From a virus (lineage: Duplodnaviria > Caudoviricetes), in the IMG/VR virus record IMGVR_UViG_3300043409_002192, positions 1 through 63,330 of that record: a stretch of 63,330 bases of DNA. One strand, written 5' to 3'. Of this stretch, positions 45,516 through 55,626 are shown in pieces (position 1 is the first letter of the stretch; every line of letters starts with the position of its first letter). Made by a program: the position numbers and the translations under genes. The notes under the pieces were generated by a model that was not told the DNA's origin, ran no database searches, and was given only the letters and a program-made list of their open reading frames with translations.

Positions 45516-45778
45516 TCCACATCCTTCCCGGAGTTCCGCGCTTGCTCCAGCCAGTCTGCCGCTTGCTGCTTCAACTGTCCGGGCCGATCCATGGTTTCCT
45601 TCAATGTTTGGTATTCCACCCGCAGTTTTGCTGTCTGCTCCGGGGTCAGGTCGCCAAGGATTTCTTCCTTGATGGCTTCTTGCCGGGTTTTGAGGAGTCC
45701 TTGGATCCACCGCCAGACGGCGCTGTCTTCGGCGGCGGTGGCTGATTCATGATGCAGTTGGGCAGTTTGGATATCCAT
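45512..45778 (-). CDS. hypothetical protein
   Basis: Helical 88-aa ORF in the portal operon. Confidence 0.6.
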   Translation of the reverse strand: MDIQTAQLHHESATAAEDSAVWRWIQGLLKTRQEAIKEEILGDLTPEQTAKLRVEYQTLKETMDRPGQLKQQAADWLEQARNSGKDVD

Positions 45779-46086
45779 GACAGAATGCGCTCGGCGGTGA
45801 GGAAGGTGAGTTGGGAGGGAATCAGGCGGATGATGCGCCAGCCGGCCAAAGTGGCTTCGAGGTATTTCTCGGCATCATTGGAAAAGCCGGTGCCACGGGT
45901 GTGGCGGCCGCCGGAATGCACGCCGCCTTCGATTTCAATGAGGACGGCCTTGGTGGGCAGGGCAAAGTCTGCCCTCCATTTGCGGGTGGGGTGGAAGCGG
46001 AACTCCGGGACGAGGGCGAGGCCGGATTCAATGCCGCCGGCAGCTTGCCAGAGCAGGGCGAAGTGTTCTTCTGGCTCAGAAGGCAT
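45646..46086 (-). CDS. Vsr/DUF559-like endonuclease
   Basis: EFRFHPTRKWRADFA..IEIEGG..HTRG..DAEKY..GWRIIR. Confidence 0.82.
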   Translation of the reverse strand: MPSEPEEHFALLWQAAGGIESGLALVPEFRFHPTRKWRADFALPTKAVLIEIEGGVHSGGRHTRGTGFSNDAEKYLEATLAGWRIIRLIPSQLTFLTAERILSWISKLPNCIMNQPPPPKTAPSGGGSKDSSKPGKKPSRKKSLAT

Positions 46087-46274
46087 GGCGGATTTCCTCG
46101 GAGTTGCGATAGTAGGCGTCTGCGGCCTTTGACAGGCGGGACTGGCAGCCAGTCAGGAAAAGGCAAGTCAAGGCAATAAGGACGGGAATGAAACCCAGCC
46201 AATCAATCCAGTTCCATTTTGCTATCTGACGTTTCATTACATTTCCTTGTCGCTCCCGTTTCGGAGCCATGCAA

Positions 46275-48422
46275 TCACAAATTAGGCGGCGGCGTCTTGG
46301 ATGCGCTTCCTGGGGCCTGCGGGGTGCCGGTGGGTCCCATGGGGGCGGTCATGGCCACGCCGGGCTGGATGTAGTTGTCCGCTTTCTGGATTTGCAGGGA
46401 CTTTAGCATGTCCCGGTAAAGCGGGGCCATGATCACTTGGAGTTCCGGCGGGTAGCCGTAGTATTCACGGATCAACACGGCGGCTTGTGAGGTGCCTTGC
46501 AGCACCTGTTCATCCCGGAATCGGGTCAGGAGCACCTGCACGTTAAACCGCAGCCCGGCCACGTCCCGCGCTGCCACGGTGAGTTCCTGCGGGACTTCAT
46601 CTTCCAAATACACGAACGTTTCTTCATCTTTCAGATTTGCGTAGAGCGTGGTGGTAAAGGCGTCGCACAACGGAGTCAGGCAGGATTCAATTTCTGAGAT
46701 AGGCAGGGCAAACATTTCCTGACCGGATTTTTCGATGTTCCGGACGCCAGTAGCCAGTTTGGCGGAATCGAAACCAGCGGCTTGGGCGTCGTTCGCGTGC
46801 TGAACGCCACTTTCATTCATGGCAATCTGCATGATGAACTCGATTTCAGCCGTCAAGGCTTCGAATTTGTTGTCATCCAGATAGACCACTTTGAGCACGT
46901 CATCCACGAGCATGTTTGGCTTGAGCCGGTAGGTCTTGCCCCAGTTGAGTTTCAGGTTGGGGTCCATGTCGCCCTCCACGGTGGCGGAAGGATTGAAGAA
47001 CGTGACACGACCGGCGGCGGATTGGTTGAAGTTTCGCCGGTTATACATGAGGTCAATTGCCGTTTGGTGAGTCTCAAATTCCTCGATGATGCCCTGACCA
47101 TACCACCGGTTCTGCACAGGCTTAGCGGTGATGACGTGGAACGGGCGCTTGTGGTCGTCGGTGACGTTGGCCACGTAGTCATAATAGACGGGGAAGCCGG
47201 TGGCGGGGTTGATCAGACAGATAATGTCTTCCGTCACGCCGTCGCCATCGGCATCATAATGGATATAGACCTCGGCGTATTCGGTGACAGGCTCACTGTT
47301 TTCCGTGCTGGTTTCCTGGTGCTGCTCGGCACGGGCTCCCCGGTCGCCGGTCTTGCTGGCGTTGGTGTTGGACATCGCTTCCTTGAGCATGGCGACGGCA
47401 CGTTTCAGGCTATCCATATCCCGGTTGCCGGAGGACAGGTAAAGCTCGGCAATCTGGCTGGCGGTCATCTCCACAAAATGCACCACACATTCCGCCGATT
47501 GGATGTCTTTGGCGTTCTCGGGGCACATGAAATCCCGGTAGTAAATCTGCGTCACTTCCGGCCCTTCGTATTCCGTGATTTCCTGCTCTAGTTGCGTCTG
47601 AGCGAAAACAAGTTCCGCCGGCATGGGGGTAACTCCATCGCGTTTCAAGACTTGATCGCCAGCGTCATCAAGGATAAACAGGTCGGTTTCCGTAATGGGG
47701 CCGCCGTCCTGTGCTAGAAGCGGATTTCCGGAAGCATCTACAGCCACCACTTTGGTTTCTCGGAACCGTTTGGTTTGGCGTGTCTGAATGACCTTCATGA
47801 TGGATTCCCCCAAATCGAAAGCCTTGGCGACGCCACGGCGGAGGGTGGCGAGGCTTCCGGATTCGATAAACTTGATATCAAGAAGGCGTTGCAGCTTTTT
47901 TGTGAGGGAGGTATCACTGGCTCCCACGGCGTGAAGCGCCAACCATGGATCGGTTCCGAAAAAGTAATTGATGGCGCGGGCGGCGGATTGCTTGGCGATG
48001 CGGCGGGAAAGCGGGACAGTCAGATTGCTCTGACGGAAGATGGAATCCTTGTAGAGGTATTTTCTCCAGGTTACATCGTTTTTGGCGGTGAGTTCGTAAA
48101 GGCTTCTTTTGCACATGAACTTCCGGGCCATCATATCCTGATCTTCCCGGCGCAAGGTTAACTCCCCACCCAGAAACATAGGCAAGCCATTGTCGATGCT
48201 GGTGTCACTGCGGCCCAAGTCGCCATCAAGCTTTTTAATCCATTGCACGATGTGGGCGCACATGGCGTCTTCCTGCTTCCGGTTCAGTTTCAGGTCCGTA
48301 GGGAACAGAGTCTTGGGCTCATTCCACGAAATAGGCTCGGCGCGTTCGTGTTCGCTGACGAGACTACGGGCGACGTTCCCGATGGTGATATCCGGAGTGG
48401 CTTGCTTTGAGGTTGAAATCAT
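46275..48422 (-). CDS. portal protein
   Basis: 715 aa; RPF..P..NRWYGQGI, ESGV..LATG pattern typical of P22/podovirus-like portals. Confidence 0.8.
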   Translation of the reverse strand: MISTSKQATPDITIGNVARSLVSEHERAEPISWNEPKTLFPTDLKLNRKQEDAMCAHIVQWIKKLDGDLGRSDTSIDNGLPMFLGGELTLRREDQDMMARKFMCKRSLYELTAKNDVTWRKYLYKDSIFRQSNLTVPLSRRIAKQSAARAINYFFGTDPWLALHAVGASDTSLTKKLQRLLDIKFIESGSLATLRRGVAKAFDLGESIMKVIQTRQTKRFRETKVVAVDASGNPLLAQDGGPITETDLFILDDAGDQVLKRDGVTPMPAELVFAQTQLEQEITEYEGPEVTQIYYRDFMCPENAKDIQSAECVVHFVEMTASQIAELYLSSGNRDMDSLKRAVAMLKEAMSNTNASKTGDRGARAEQHQETSTENSEPVTEYAEVYIHYDADGDGVTEDIICLINPATGFPVYYDYVANVTDDHKRPFHVITAKPVQNRWYGQGIIEEFETHQTAIDLMYNRRNFNQSAAGRVTFFNPSATVEGDMDPNLKLNWGKTYRLKPNMLVDDVLKVVYLDDNKFEALTAEIEFIMQIAMNESGVQHANDAQAAGFDSAKLATGVRNIEKSGQEMFALPISEIESCLTPLCDAFTTTLYANLKDEETFVYLEDEVPQELTVAARDVAGLRFNVQVLLTRFRDEQVLQGTSQAAVLIREYYGYPPELQVIMAPLYRDMLKSLQIQKADNYIQPGVAMTAPMGPTGTPQAPGSASKTPPPNL

Positions 48423-48443
48423 AATTTGTAAGAGGTATTAGGT

Positions 48444-48791
48444 TTGATGATTGATACTCCGGCCTATTTGAAAAAATTGTGTGAACGGGAAGGGCTGTCC
48501 AACCAAGCTTTGGCGGACCGGTGCGGACTTTCCAAGGTGGCAGTGTGGCGATCCATCACGGAGGGCTGGGCAGTGAAGGGTGTGACTCTGGATGCAATCT
48601 TGCAACGCGGTCTGCGTTTGAATCCGGAAACCAAGGAATACAAAAAAGCGGTGGCACTCTGGACAAAAGAACGACTCCATGGGACTGGGCCAGTAAAAAG
48701 CAAGATGATTGAGGTGGTGGCGGGCATGAGTGCGGCTGATTTATTGAAGTTGCAAAGATGGATCAAGGAAGAGGAGGGGAGGCGCTCCTGA
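48444..48791 (+). CDS. XRE HTH regulator
   Basis: GLSNQALADRCGLSKVAVWR. Confidence 0.75.
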   Translation: MMIDTPAYLKKLCEREGLSNQALADRCGLSKVAVWRSITEGWAVKGVTLDAILQRGLRLNPETKEYKKAVALWTKERLHGTGPVKSKMIEVVAGMSAADLLKLQRWIKEEEGRRS

Positions 48792-49740
48792 AAAACTTGA
48801 TTTCAAGTATGCCTGATCGTGTCCAACCGTGACTCCATGATCCTCCTGCCAAGGGGCTTGTTTCGTCGTAATCCAGATTGGTGCGGGCAGCGTTTCCACT
48901 GATTCGATCCATTTGATCGGAGAAGATACCGTTGGCCAAAACTCTCAAGGCGTGGTTTGCCCAATACACTTCATCTCCCGGATTACCCTCGGGATCCATT
49001 TCCTGTGGATCGAATGGGATGGGGGTAAATTCGTAGGCGTCGTTTGCTCCTCCCGGTAAATCTTCGATAATTTGGGCATCATCGTAAATGGCAAATCCGG
49101 GTCCATGATAATTCTGGCGGAGTTGCAGCTTAATTTTGCTGTTTAACCCCCGCAGGCGGGCGATCTTCCAATCTGTCCGGTATGGCAAGGGGTATTCAAT
49201 CATCAATGACTCGGTGGTCTGACGATTGGTTTCTGGCAAAAAAGTATCCGAGTTTGTTTCTACCCATTTTGTTTGAACAAAGATCCGCCAAATCCCGAAG
49301 CAATCATATAGTCCTTCGCCGTAAGGCGTGGCGGAGGCGTGATAGCGCAGAGCTGAATTGATGGGGGGGGCTTGGACATTTTGAGCAACGGAGTATAGCC
49401 AAATGATGCGGTCTCGGGGAATCTCAGCAACTGCCACCATGTTACCGGTGACGATCCGTGTCCGGGATTGAGGCGGGTTTCCGTTGTCAAAGGTCGAAGT
49501 TTCGCTGATGTTTTGGTAAAAAGTTTCAACCTGCGAAAAACGAAGACTGCCGGATGACCCGAAATGACGCCACCATGCGTTCCCGGAAATTTGGTTGTCT
49601 GCACGGGGCAGCACATAATTCCGATCCGGGTTTGACCACGCCCCACGGTTATGGATACGCGAAATGCCACGTTGGTAAGAGCGACGGATGTTGTCCCGCC
49701 ATGCTGGATAGTTGCGGGTCATAATGGTTCGCAATCCCAA
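48763..49740 (-). CDS. hypothetical protein
   Basis: 325-aa ORF, lower GC. Confidence 0.7.
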   Translation of the reverse strand: MGLRTIMTRNYPAWRDNIRRSYQRGISRIHNRGAWSNPDRNYVLPRADNQISGNAWWRHFGSSGSLRFSQVETFYQNISETSTFDNGNPPQSRTRIVTGNMVAVAEIPRDRIIWLYSVAQNVQAPPINSALRYHASATPYGEGLYDCFGIWRIFVQTKWVETNSDTFLPETNRQTTESLMIEYPLPYRTDWKIARLRGLNSKIKLQLRQNYHGPGFAIYDDAQIIEDLPGGANDAYEFTPIPFDPQEMDPEGNPGDEVYWANHALRVLANGIFSDQMDRISGNAARTNLDYDETSPLAGGSWSHGWTRSGILEIKFFRSASPPLP

Positions 49741-50414
49741 GTGAAAGACTGAGGTGGGCCGTAGCGGCGGAGGACAAATACGAATGAGCGCAGAGCATCA
49801 AGGGTAAAAGTATTACCTGTCAGGAAATACTCGGCCAGATGAATATTAACCGTGCTGCCTGTGCGTTGCAGAAAACCGGACTCTGGCTTGGCACCAGCTT
49901 TAATGCTGGCGCTTTGGATGATGCCGTGTTCGTCATCGTCGTCTGATACCTGACATTCCAGCCAGACGTATCCATGATCCGGCCTGGCAGGCAACTCCAC
50001 GTCAACAAAGGTTTCTGCTGAACTGGCAATGCCATTGTAAGACGGCCAAACATTGTTGCCTTTCCCATCCCAGATGGCTGATGGCCAAACCCGTAATATC
50101 CGATTGGGTTGTTTGGTCATCTGCCATGGAGCCCCGCCAGCGGTGGTGCCATCGCTGGCCGATTTTACCAATACCGTGAACTTTCCTTCTGGAGTGTTGA
50201 TTTCCTGTTCTTGGAATCCAGCGAAGTATTCGTTCCATCCTTCAATGGCTTTTCGGGACTCGTCTGTAGAATCCTGCTGCTGATTGGTCCACCGCTGTTC
50301 ACTGCTGCCCTTTCTTAGTCGGGTGGCGGGAGGTTGATTTCGGAATTTTGCAATCGGTAGCATGTGCCAAAGTTGCACAGCTTGACAATCGCGCCACTTT
50401 GGCACGCATGACAC
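49719..50414 (-). CDS. hypothetical protein (start uncertain)
   Basis: Long ORF overlapping the next gene. Confidence 0.55.
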   Translation of the reverse strand: MSCVPKWRDCQAVQLWHMLPIAKFRNQPPATRLRKGSSEQRWTNQQQDSTDESRKAIEGWNEYFAGFQEQEINTPEGKFTVLVKSASDGTTAGGAPWQMTKQPNRILRVWPSAIWDGKGNNVWPSYNGIASSAETFVDVELPARPDHGYVWLECQVSDDDDEHGIIQSASIKAGAKPESGFLQRTGSTVNIHLAEYFLTGNTFTLDALRSFVFVLRRYGPPQSFTWDCEPL

Positions 50415-51391
50415 CCGAAGTCACAGAAACCACCCTCAATCAGGAGGAACAAGCCCACGGTCAATTTGAACTACCGACCGACCCCAAGGAGTTTGATGCC
50501 TTCATGGAAAACATGCGGGCAGGCAAGGTGGATTTTCTGGATGAACAGGCAGTTACAAAAGAAATCCTGGCTGAACAAATTCCTGCCGTGCAGGAGGAAA
50601 AATTTCAAGAAGAACCTGCGACTCCTGTTGAAGACGCTGAAAAAGGCAAACAGTTCCGCCTTCGCTCTAATGATCCCCGCGATCAGGCAGTGTTTGCCGT
50701 CATGAAAGCCAACGGCCTTTCCTATAAAGAAGCCGAATCCATCCTTTTTCCTAATCAAACCCCGGCGGCCATCATGCCGGCCACTGAGGAGAAATCCCAG
50801 GAGCCAGTGGAAACCGTCGAGAGCATTGACGCGGAAATTACCAAGCTCCGTCAGGAGCGGCGGGAAGCCATCAAAAATCTGGACTTTGAACGCCAGGCAG
50901 AACTTGATGACCTCCTGCAATATGAACTCCCGCAAAAGCGGGCTGAACTCGCAGACAAGCAGGCTAAAGCCGCTGTCTCTGCTGATCAGGTCGCCATGCA
51001 GGCTTACACCCAACATCAGGAGACGGCGATAAGCCTCTACCCGGATGCGGCGGTGGAAGGCTCACCGCTTTATACAGCGGCAGCTGAAATCATTGACGCG
51101 TGGCAAGCGAATGGTGACCCGATCCTCGGGAAGCCTGAAAGCGTGCTGCGGGCAGTGCAAATGGCGGCCAGTGAACTTGGGATTGCTCCCAAGCGTGCCG
51201 GCAGCCCCGTTTCGGGAACGGCTAAAGCTCCCGTCTCCGCTCCGGCTCCGGCCCCTACCCGTATGCGTCCTGCGGCGGGTGGCACCGGCCAAGGCGCTCC
51301 CCCTGCTGAAGCAGCCTCACAGCTGATTCAGCAGATGGATTCCCTCGATCTTGATGAACTGAGGATTCTTGCCAGGCAATTTGGCCGGTAG
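50408..51391 (+). CDS. putative scaffolding protein
   Basis: Acidic, coiled-coil, directly upstream of the capsid gene. Confidence 0.7.
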   Translation: MTPEVTETTLNQEEQAHGQFELPTDPKEFDAFMENMRAGKVDFLDEQAVTKEILAEQIPAVQEEKFQEEPATPVEDAEKGKQFRLRSNDPRDQAVFAVMKANGLSYKEAESILFPNQTPAAIMPATEEKSQEPVETVESIDAEITKLRQERREAIKNLDFERQAELDDLLQYELPQKRAELADKQAKAAVSADQVAMQAYTQHQETAISLYPDAAVEGSPLYTAAAEIIDAWQANGDPILGKPESVLRAVQMAASELGIAPKRAGSPVSGTAKAPVSAPAPAPTRMRPAAGGTGQGAPPAEAASQLIQQMDSLDLDELRILARQFGR

Positions 51392-51482
51392 AACCCAAGG
51401 GCATTATTCACCCGGCTGAATGCCGGAATCTCCCATCCCCCGTGCAGGGTGCTTCAATGCGTCCTGACAACCTACCCTTATT

Positions 51483-52973
51483 ATGCCTGACTATAACTTG
51501 GTCTCCGGACCCAACACAGGAGCCGCTTATGTGGCCCAAGCCGCTGCCTCCCAAGTGTGGCAGAAACTCGTCGAACGGTTTGCTGAAAACTGCGACTTTT
51601 GGAACTCCATGGAAGGAAGTTCTGACGACTCCATCATCATCACTGGGGAAGACCTCGCTGCTGGTGCTGGCATGACCATGAACATCCGTATCTCCGGCGG
51701 CTTCTATAAGAAGCCCACGTTTGGGGAAACGCCGTTCGGCAGCGAAAGCCAGTTTGAGAAACGCAAGCTGAAAGACTACCAACTGAAGATCAACCTCATC
51801 CGCCACGCCACGTCCTACAATGAACTGAGCGAGGAATTGCTTGGTGCCCGTGGGGAAATCAACGCTGGTGTGCCTGAGGATCTTGGCAATTGGCTGGGCC
51901 GTTTCAAGGCGGAACAAATGGATCAAAGCTGGATCTACAAGGTCAATCAGGAGAACCACTACTACTCGAACAACAAAACCATGGCCACGCTTGGTGCGGC
52001 TGATGGACTGAAGTGGAATGACATCATCGGCGCTGGTGCTCTGATGGGGCGCTGGGGCGGTGGTCCTGGCCGCGTTTCCCGCAGTGTCAAAGGACAACAG
52101 CCTGATTTGCGTCTCACGCTGGTGGCGACCTCTTCGGCTTTGGCCGCTCTCCGCAAGGACAGTGATTACCAGAGCAAGGTCATCAATGCTCAGGCCCGCA
52201 GCCTTCAGAACTCCATCTTTACCGGTGTAGTCCCTGATGTTGACGGCGTCGCCGTCGTGGAACGCCGGGTGGTCGATCATGATGGGGATGGTCCTATTGG
52301 TTCGCCGCAGGAACCCCGCGCCTTGCTAGGTGAAGCCGTCATCGCTGCCGTCAATGGTAACGAAGTGCTGGAAATCAAAGGTGGCGGCAATCCTACCTCG
52401 GCTGCTATGACCGATGTAGATTACTTCCGCTACTTCGAAGCCGCGCCTTACTCCTTCATGGATGGGAGCACGACTCCGATCACCAATGACGAAAAATACT
52501 TCCTCATCGTCAATCCGGCCAACCACGTCACCGCTCCGAACAAGATCGGCATGTATGCCTATACCACTGGCAACAACGGCAACAAGATCACCATCACCAA
52601 GCGTCTTGGTGCGGCGGATCTTGGTTCTCTGGTCAAACAGACAGTTGGTGCGGTCACTTGGAACACTGGCGTCTGGGCTGGTCTTCACACCAATGTCCAT
52701 CCTGCTGGCGCTGCTGTCATCCAGTGTAACGCCAAAGGTGAACCCATTGGCCGTTCCTTCCTGCTTGGCCGGGCTGCTGCCGTTCGTGGCTACGGAAAAC
52801 ACCGCGCCAAACGCGGCTCCGAAACGGAAGAAGACGGCTTCTTCACCAAGGTATTCCTCCGGTCCTACTTTGGTCAGTCTGTCCGTCAGAATATGCGCGG
52901 ACAGTATCCGGGCATCATCGTGCTAAATCACGCCCTGCACTACAGCGATATGCCACTGCCAACGGTGGTGTAA
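51483..52973 (+). CDS. major capsid protein (N4-gp56/DUF4043-like)
   Basis: EDLAAGAG, INLIRHA, LGNW, NSIFTG..VDGV, LLGRAA; strongly biased codons; terminator follows. Confidence 0.85.
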   Translation: MPDYNLVSGPNTGAAYVAQAAASQVWQKLVERFAENCDFWNSMEGSSDDSIIITGEDLAAGAGMTMNIRISGGFYKKPTFGETPFGSESQFEKRKLKDYQLKINLIRHATSYNELSEELLGARGEINAGVPEDLGNWLGRFKAEQMDQSWIYKVNQENHYYSNNKTMATLGAADGLKWNDIIGAGALMGRWGGGPGRVSRSVKGQQPDLRLTLVATSSALAALRKDSDYQSKVINAQARSLQNSIFTGVVPDVDGVAVVERRVVDHDGDGPIGSPQEPRALLGEAVIAAVNGNEVLEIKGGGNPTSAAMTDVDYFRYFEAAPYSFMDGSTTPITNDEKYFLIVNPANHVTAPNKIGMYAYTTGNNGNKITITKRLGAADLGSLVKQTVGAVTWNTGVWAGLHTNVHPAGAAVIQCNAKGEPIGRSFLLGRAAAVRGYGKHRAKRGSETEEDGFFTKVFLRSYFGQSVRQNMRGQYPGIIVLNHALHYSDMPLPTVV

Positions 52974-53003
52974 CCTTCTGGCCCCGTTTCGGGGCTGGTC
53001 ATT

Positions 53004-53048
53004 GGGCGGGAGGAGATTTTTCGGGTTTTCCTCCTCCCGCCCTTTTTT
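53004..53048 (+). terminator. rho-independent terminator
   Basis: GGGCGGGAGGAG / CTCCTCCCGCCC stem followed by T6. Confidence 0.8.
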
Positions 53049-53072
53049 AAAACCCGGCCACTTTCTGATTTT

Positions 53073-53477
53073 ATGCCTGGTCCTTCCAACGCTTTTGCCA
53101 ATTCCCTGCTGAAAAACATTTTCCGGGGGGAATCCGTCATTATTCCTGCCACTTGGTATCTGGCGCTTTACACTGCCGCTCCGACGGATTCCGGAGGAGG
53201 CACAGAAGTTTTTGGAGCAGGTTATGCCCGTCTGGCTCTGACCAAGAACACTTCTGTGTTCACTGATTCCACGGCGCGACAGGTGAACCTTTCCACCACT
53301 GGCAGTTTTCCGGAAGCCGCAGCCAATTGGGGGACGATTACTGCAGTAGCTCTCTTTGATGCTTCCACCGGCGGTAATATGCTCTGGTGGGGGAATTTGG
53401 ATTCTGCTCAGGTCATCAATACTGGCGACACCTTCAGAATCCCGGCTGGATCTGCTGGACTCCGCATCACTCTCTGA
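53073..53477 (+). CDS. putative virion/tail-fibre-associated protein
   Basis: YLALYTAAP..GGTEV..YAR..WGTIT..FDASTGGNML. Confidence 0.8.
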   Translation: MPGPSNAFANSLLKNIFRGESVIIPATWYLALYTAAPTDSGGGTEVFGAGYARLALTKNTSVFTDSTARQVNLSTTGSFPEAAANWGTITAVALFDASTGGNMLWWGNLDSAQVINTGDTFRIPAGSAGLRITL

Positions 53478-53484
53478 CGCAATC

Positions 53485-55626
53485 ATGAACTTTGCCATCG
53501 ACAACACGGTAACCAATCCATCCGCGTTGGTCGGTGTTGTTGTGGGTAGCACCTATCTGGTGCCACCGTCTGGAGCATCTGGAGCATGGCTGGACAAAGA
53601 AGATCAAATTGCCGTTTGGGGCGGTTCTGTTTGGAATTTCTTGCGTCCTGCAACAGGCACTGAATATCAAATCCAGACTGGACCGAACGCTGGGAATATT
53701 TACGTCCGCACTAATTCGGCAAGTCCCTCCCTTAATTTGGTAGAGAACGGGGATTTGATTTTTGACATTGAAGAAGGGTCGCAATGGTTTCTTGCGACGA
53801 CGGGTAGCGGTGCAGCGGAGTGGTCTCCGGGCATTATTACGCTCTCAAATCCTGCCTCTGCCCCTCATTCTGCGGAAGCATCCGTGGTGATTACGACTGA
53901 GCCCGGAACAAATTACGAACTCAGCTATGGTTTGACATCCTTGGTGGCGGATAATAGCAACCAGTTTGCCCGGCTGACGGTAAAGGAACTGCCTTCCGGA
54001 AATATCATCACGGATCCGTCTTTGGCCATTGCTGACAATTTGACATTTCAGGCAGTTACCGCTCAAACATCCATTGCCTTCCGGGTTACAAACGCTGCCG
54101 GCACCGCAGTTTCCAGTGCTGTGATTGATTTCCTCAGGGTGAAGCGGAAAGCAGAGTTAATGTCCAATGGGGATTTTGAAAATGGTGATTTCGGGTGGGA
54201 TTACGCAGAAGGACCGTGGGTAATAGATGCAGGGCAGGCCACAGCCATCATTGATTATTCTGGACACGAACCATTCCCGGCTTTGCGGCGCATCGTTAAT
54301 AATCTGACGGTAAACCGGTATTACCGCATACAGTTTGATGCCACCGGCAACTTTAACCGTGGTATCTTGTCTGTCTGGGCAGGTGGCGTGCTTTTAGGCG
54401 ATGTGAACACGTCAGGCACGCACGTTTTCTTTTTCAAGGCTCAGGCGTCATCCGCTGCCATAGAGTTCCCGCTGACGCATATCAGTAATTCCACCTTCGA
54501 GGTGGTCTTGGACAATGTATCCGTGATGGCTGCATTGTGGCAGAGCGGACCCATCCTGAGAGCATTGCTGCCGGGGCTTGGTGGATTGACTTCCGGAGGT
54601 GCCATGGGCCGTCCCGTCCGGATTAACCTTGCTGGCACCTTTGGCTTTGCTGCTGGTGCCAAGCGCGATCGGTCGGGTTACTCCCTGATGCCGGGCATGG
54701 GCGGGCTTTCGGCAGGGTCTACTAAATCCACCTCGCGCTACGTTGGCCCTATTTTGATGCCGGGGCGCGGTGGGCTTACGGCCGGTGCATCAAGGAACAA
54801 GTTCGGAGCAGTTACCATGGCTGGTCAGGGTGGATTGGAAGTCACCATGCAGTCCAACGGCTACGTATTGGTGCGCGATGTGGTCCAGCGCATCCTGAAC
54901 CTGTGGGGGCACCCGTCCTGCGGGGAAGTTTCTTGTGACAGCCCGGCGACTGAAGAAGCAATCGGCAAACTGAATGCAGCCATGCAGCGGCTCTATGCCA
55001 CCGGCAAGGATTTCGGCTTTGTCTCCACGGTGCCGATGACCATTACAAAGTCTGGCGTCCAGCAGTTCATTCCCCTGCCGGGGGATGTCGTGGCGGTGAA
55101 GCGGGTTGTGTTTCAAGCGGCCACAAATCAGGCAGAATCGACGTTCGCTGACTTTCCCCTTCGTCCAGTGCAGACGCGCCACGAATACGAATCCTTTGCC
55201 GCCAGTCATAGCAAGGATATTTGGCCGTTGGACACCTCGTCGGCGGATCTTATGCCCTACGTGATTCCGCTGGCCTTCTTTATCGAGGCGGAGGATACAC
55301 GGGCTGTCATTGGGATTCCCCGCCTCCGGCTAATGTTGGGGCCGGTCCCGAATCTCCCACGCACTTGGAAGATCGACCTTCAGGCCACCATCCGCCCACC
55401 GAATTACCGTTGTCGGGATGTGCCGGCAGGAACCATTTTGGCGGTGCCGCACAACTATGCGGAAACCTTGCTCATTCCGCTGGCGCTTTATTATGCCACG
55501 GCTTCAAGGTATTTCACCAAGCGCGAACTGTTGGAAAGCGTGACCGCTCAGGCACAGGAAGCGCGGGAGTTTGTGGGGGAAATTCAACCGGCCCCGGCTG
55601 AGGCCAGCAAAGGAGGCGACCGATGA
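53485..55626 (+). CDS. multi-domain virion protein (DUF2793-like N-terminus, carbohydrate-binding-like modules, adaptor-like C-terminus)
   Basis: YLVP..ASGAW..QIAVW..W.F; two NGD(F) beta-sandwich starts. Confidence 0.7.
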   Translation: MNFAIDNTVTNPSALVGVVVGSTYLVPPSGASGAWLDKEDQIAVWGGSVWNFLRPATGTEYQIQTGPNAGNIYVRTNSASPSLNLVENGDLIFDIEEGSQWFLATTGSGAAEWSPGIITLSNPASAPHSAEASVVITTEPGTNYELSYGLTSLVADNSNQFARLTVKELPSGNIITDPSLAIADNLTFQAVTAQTSIAFRVTNAAGTAVSSAVIDFLRVKRKAELMSNGDFENGDFGWDYAEGPWVIDAGQATAIIDYSGHEPFPALRRIVNNLTVNRYYRIQFDATGNFNRGILSVWAGGVLLGDVNTSGTHVFFFKAQASSAAIEFPLTHISNSTFEVVLDNVSVMAALWQSGPILRALLPGLGGLTSGGAMGRPVRINLAGTFGFAAGAKRDRSGYSLMPGMGGLSAGSTKSTSRYVGPILMPGRGGLTAGASRNKFGAVTMAGQGGLEVTMQSNGYVLVRDVVQRILNLWGHPSCGEVSCDSPATEEAIGKLNAAMQRLYATGKDFGFVSTVPMTITKSGVQQFIPLPGDVVAVKRVVFQAATNQAESTFADFPLRPVQTRHEYESFAASHSKDIWPLDTSSADLMPYVIPLAFFIEAEDTRAVIGIPRLRLMLGPVPNLPRTWKIDLQATIRPPNYRCRDVPAGTILAVPHNYAETLLIPLALYYATASRYFTKRELLESVTAQAQEAREFVGEIQPAPAEASKGGDR

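Noticed and set aside
51408-52280. 290-aa minus-strand ORF
   Set aside because: Antisense to the major capsid gene
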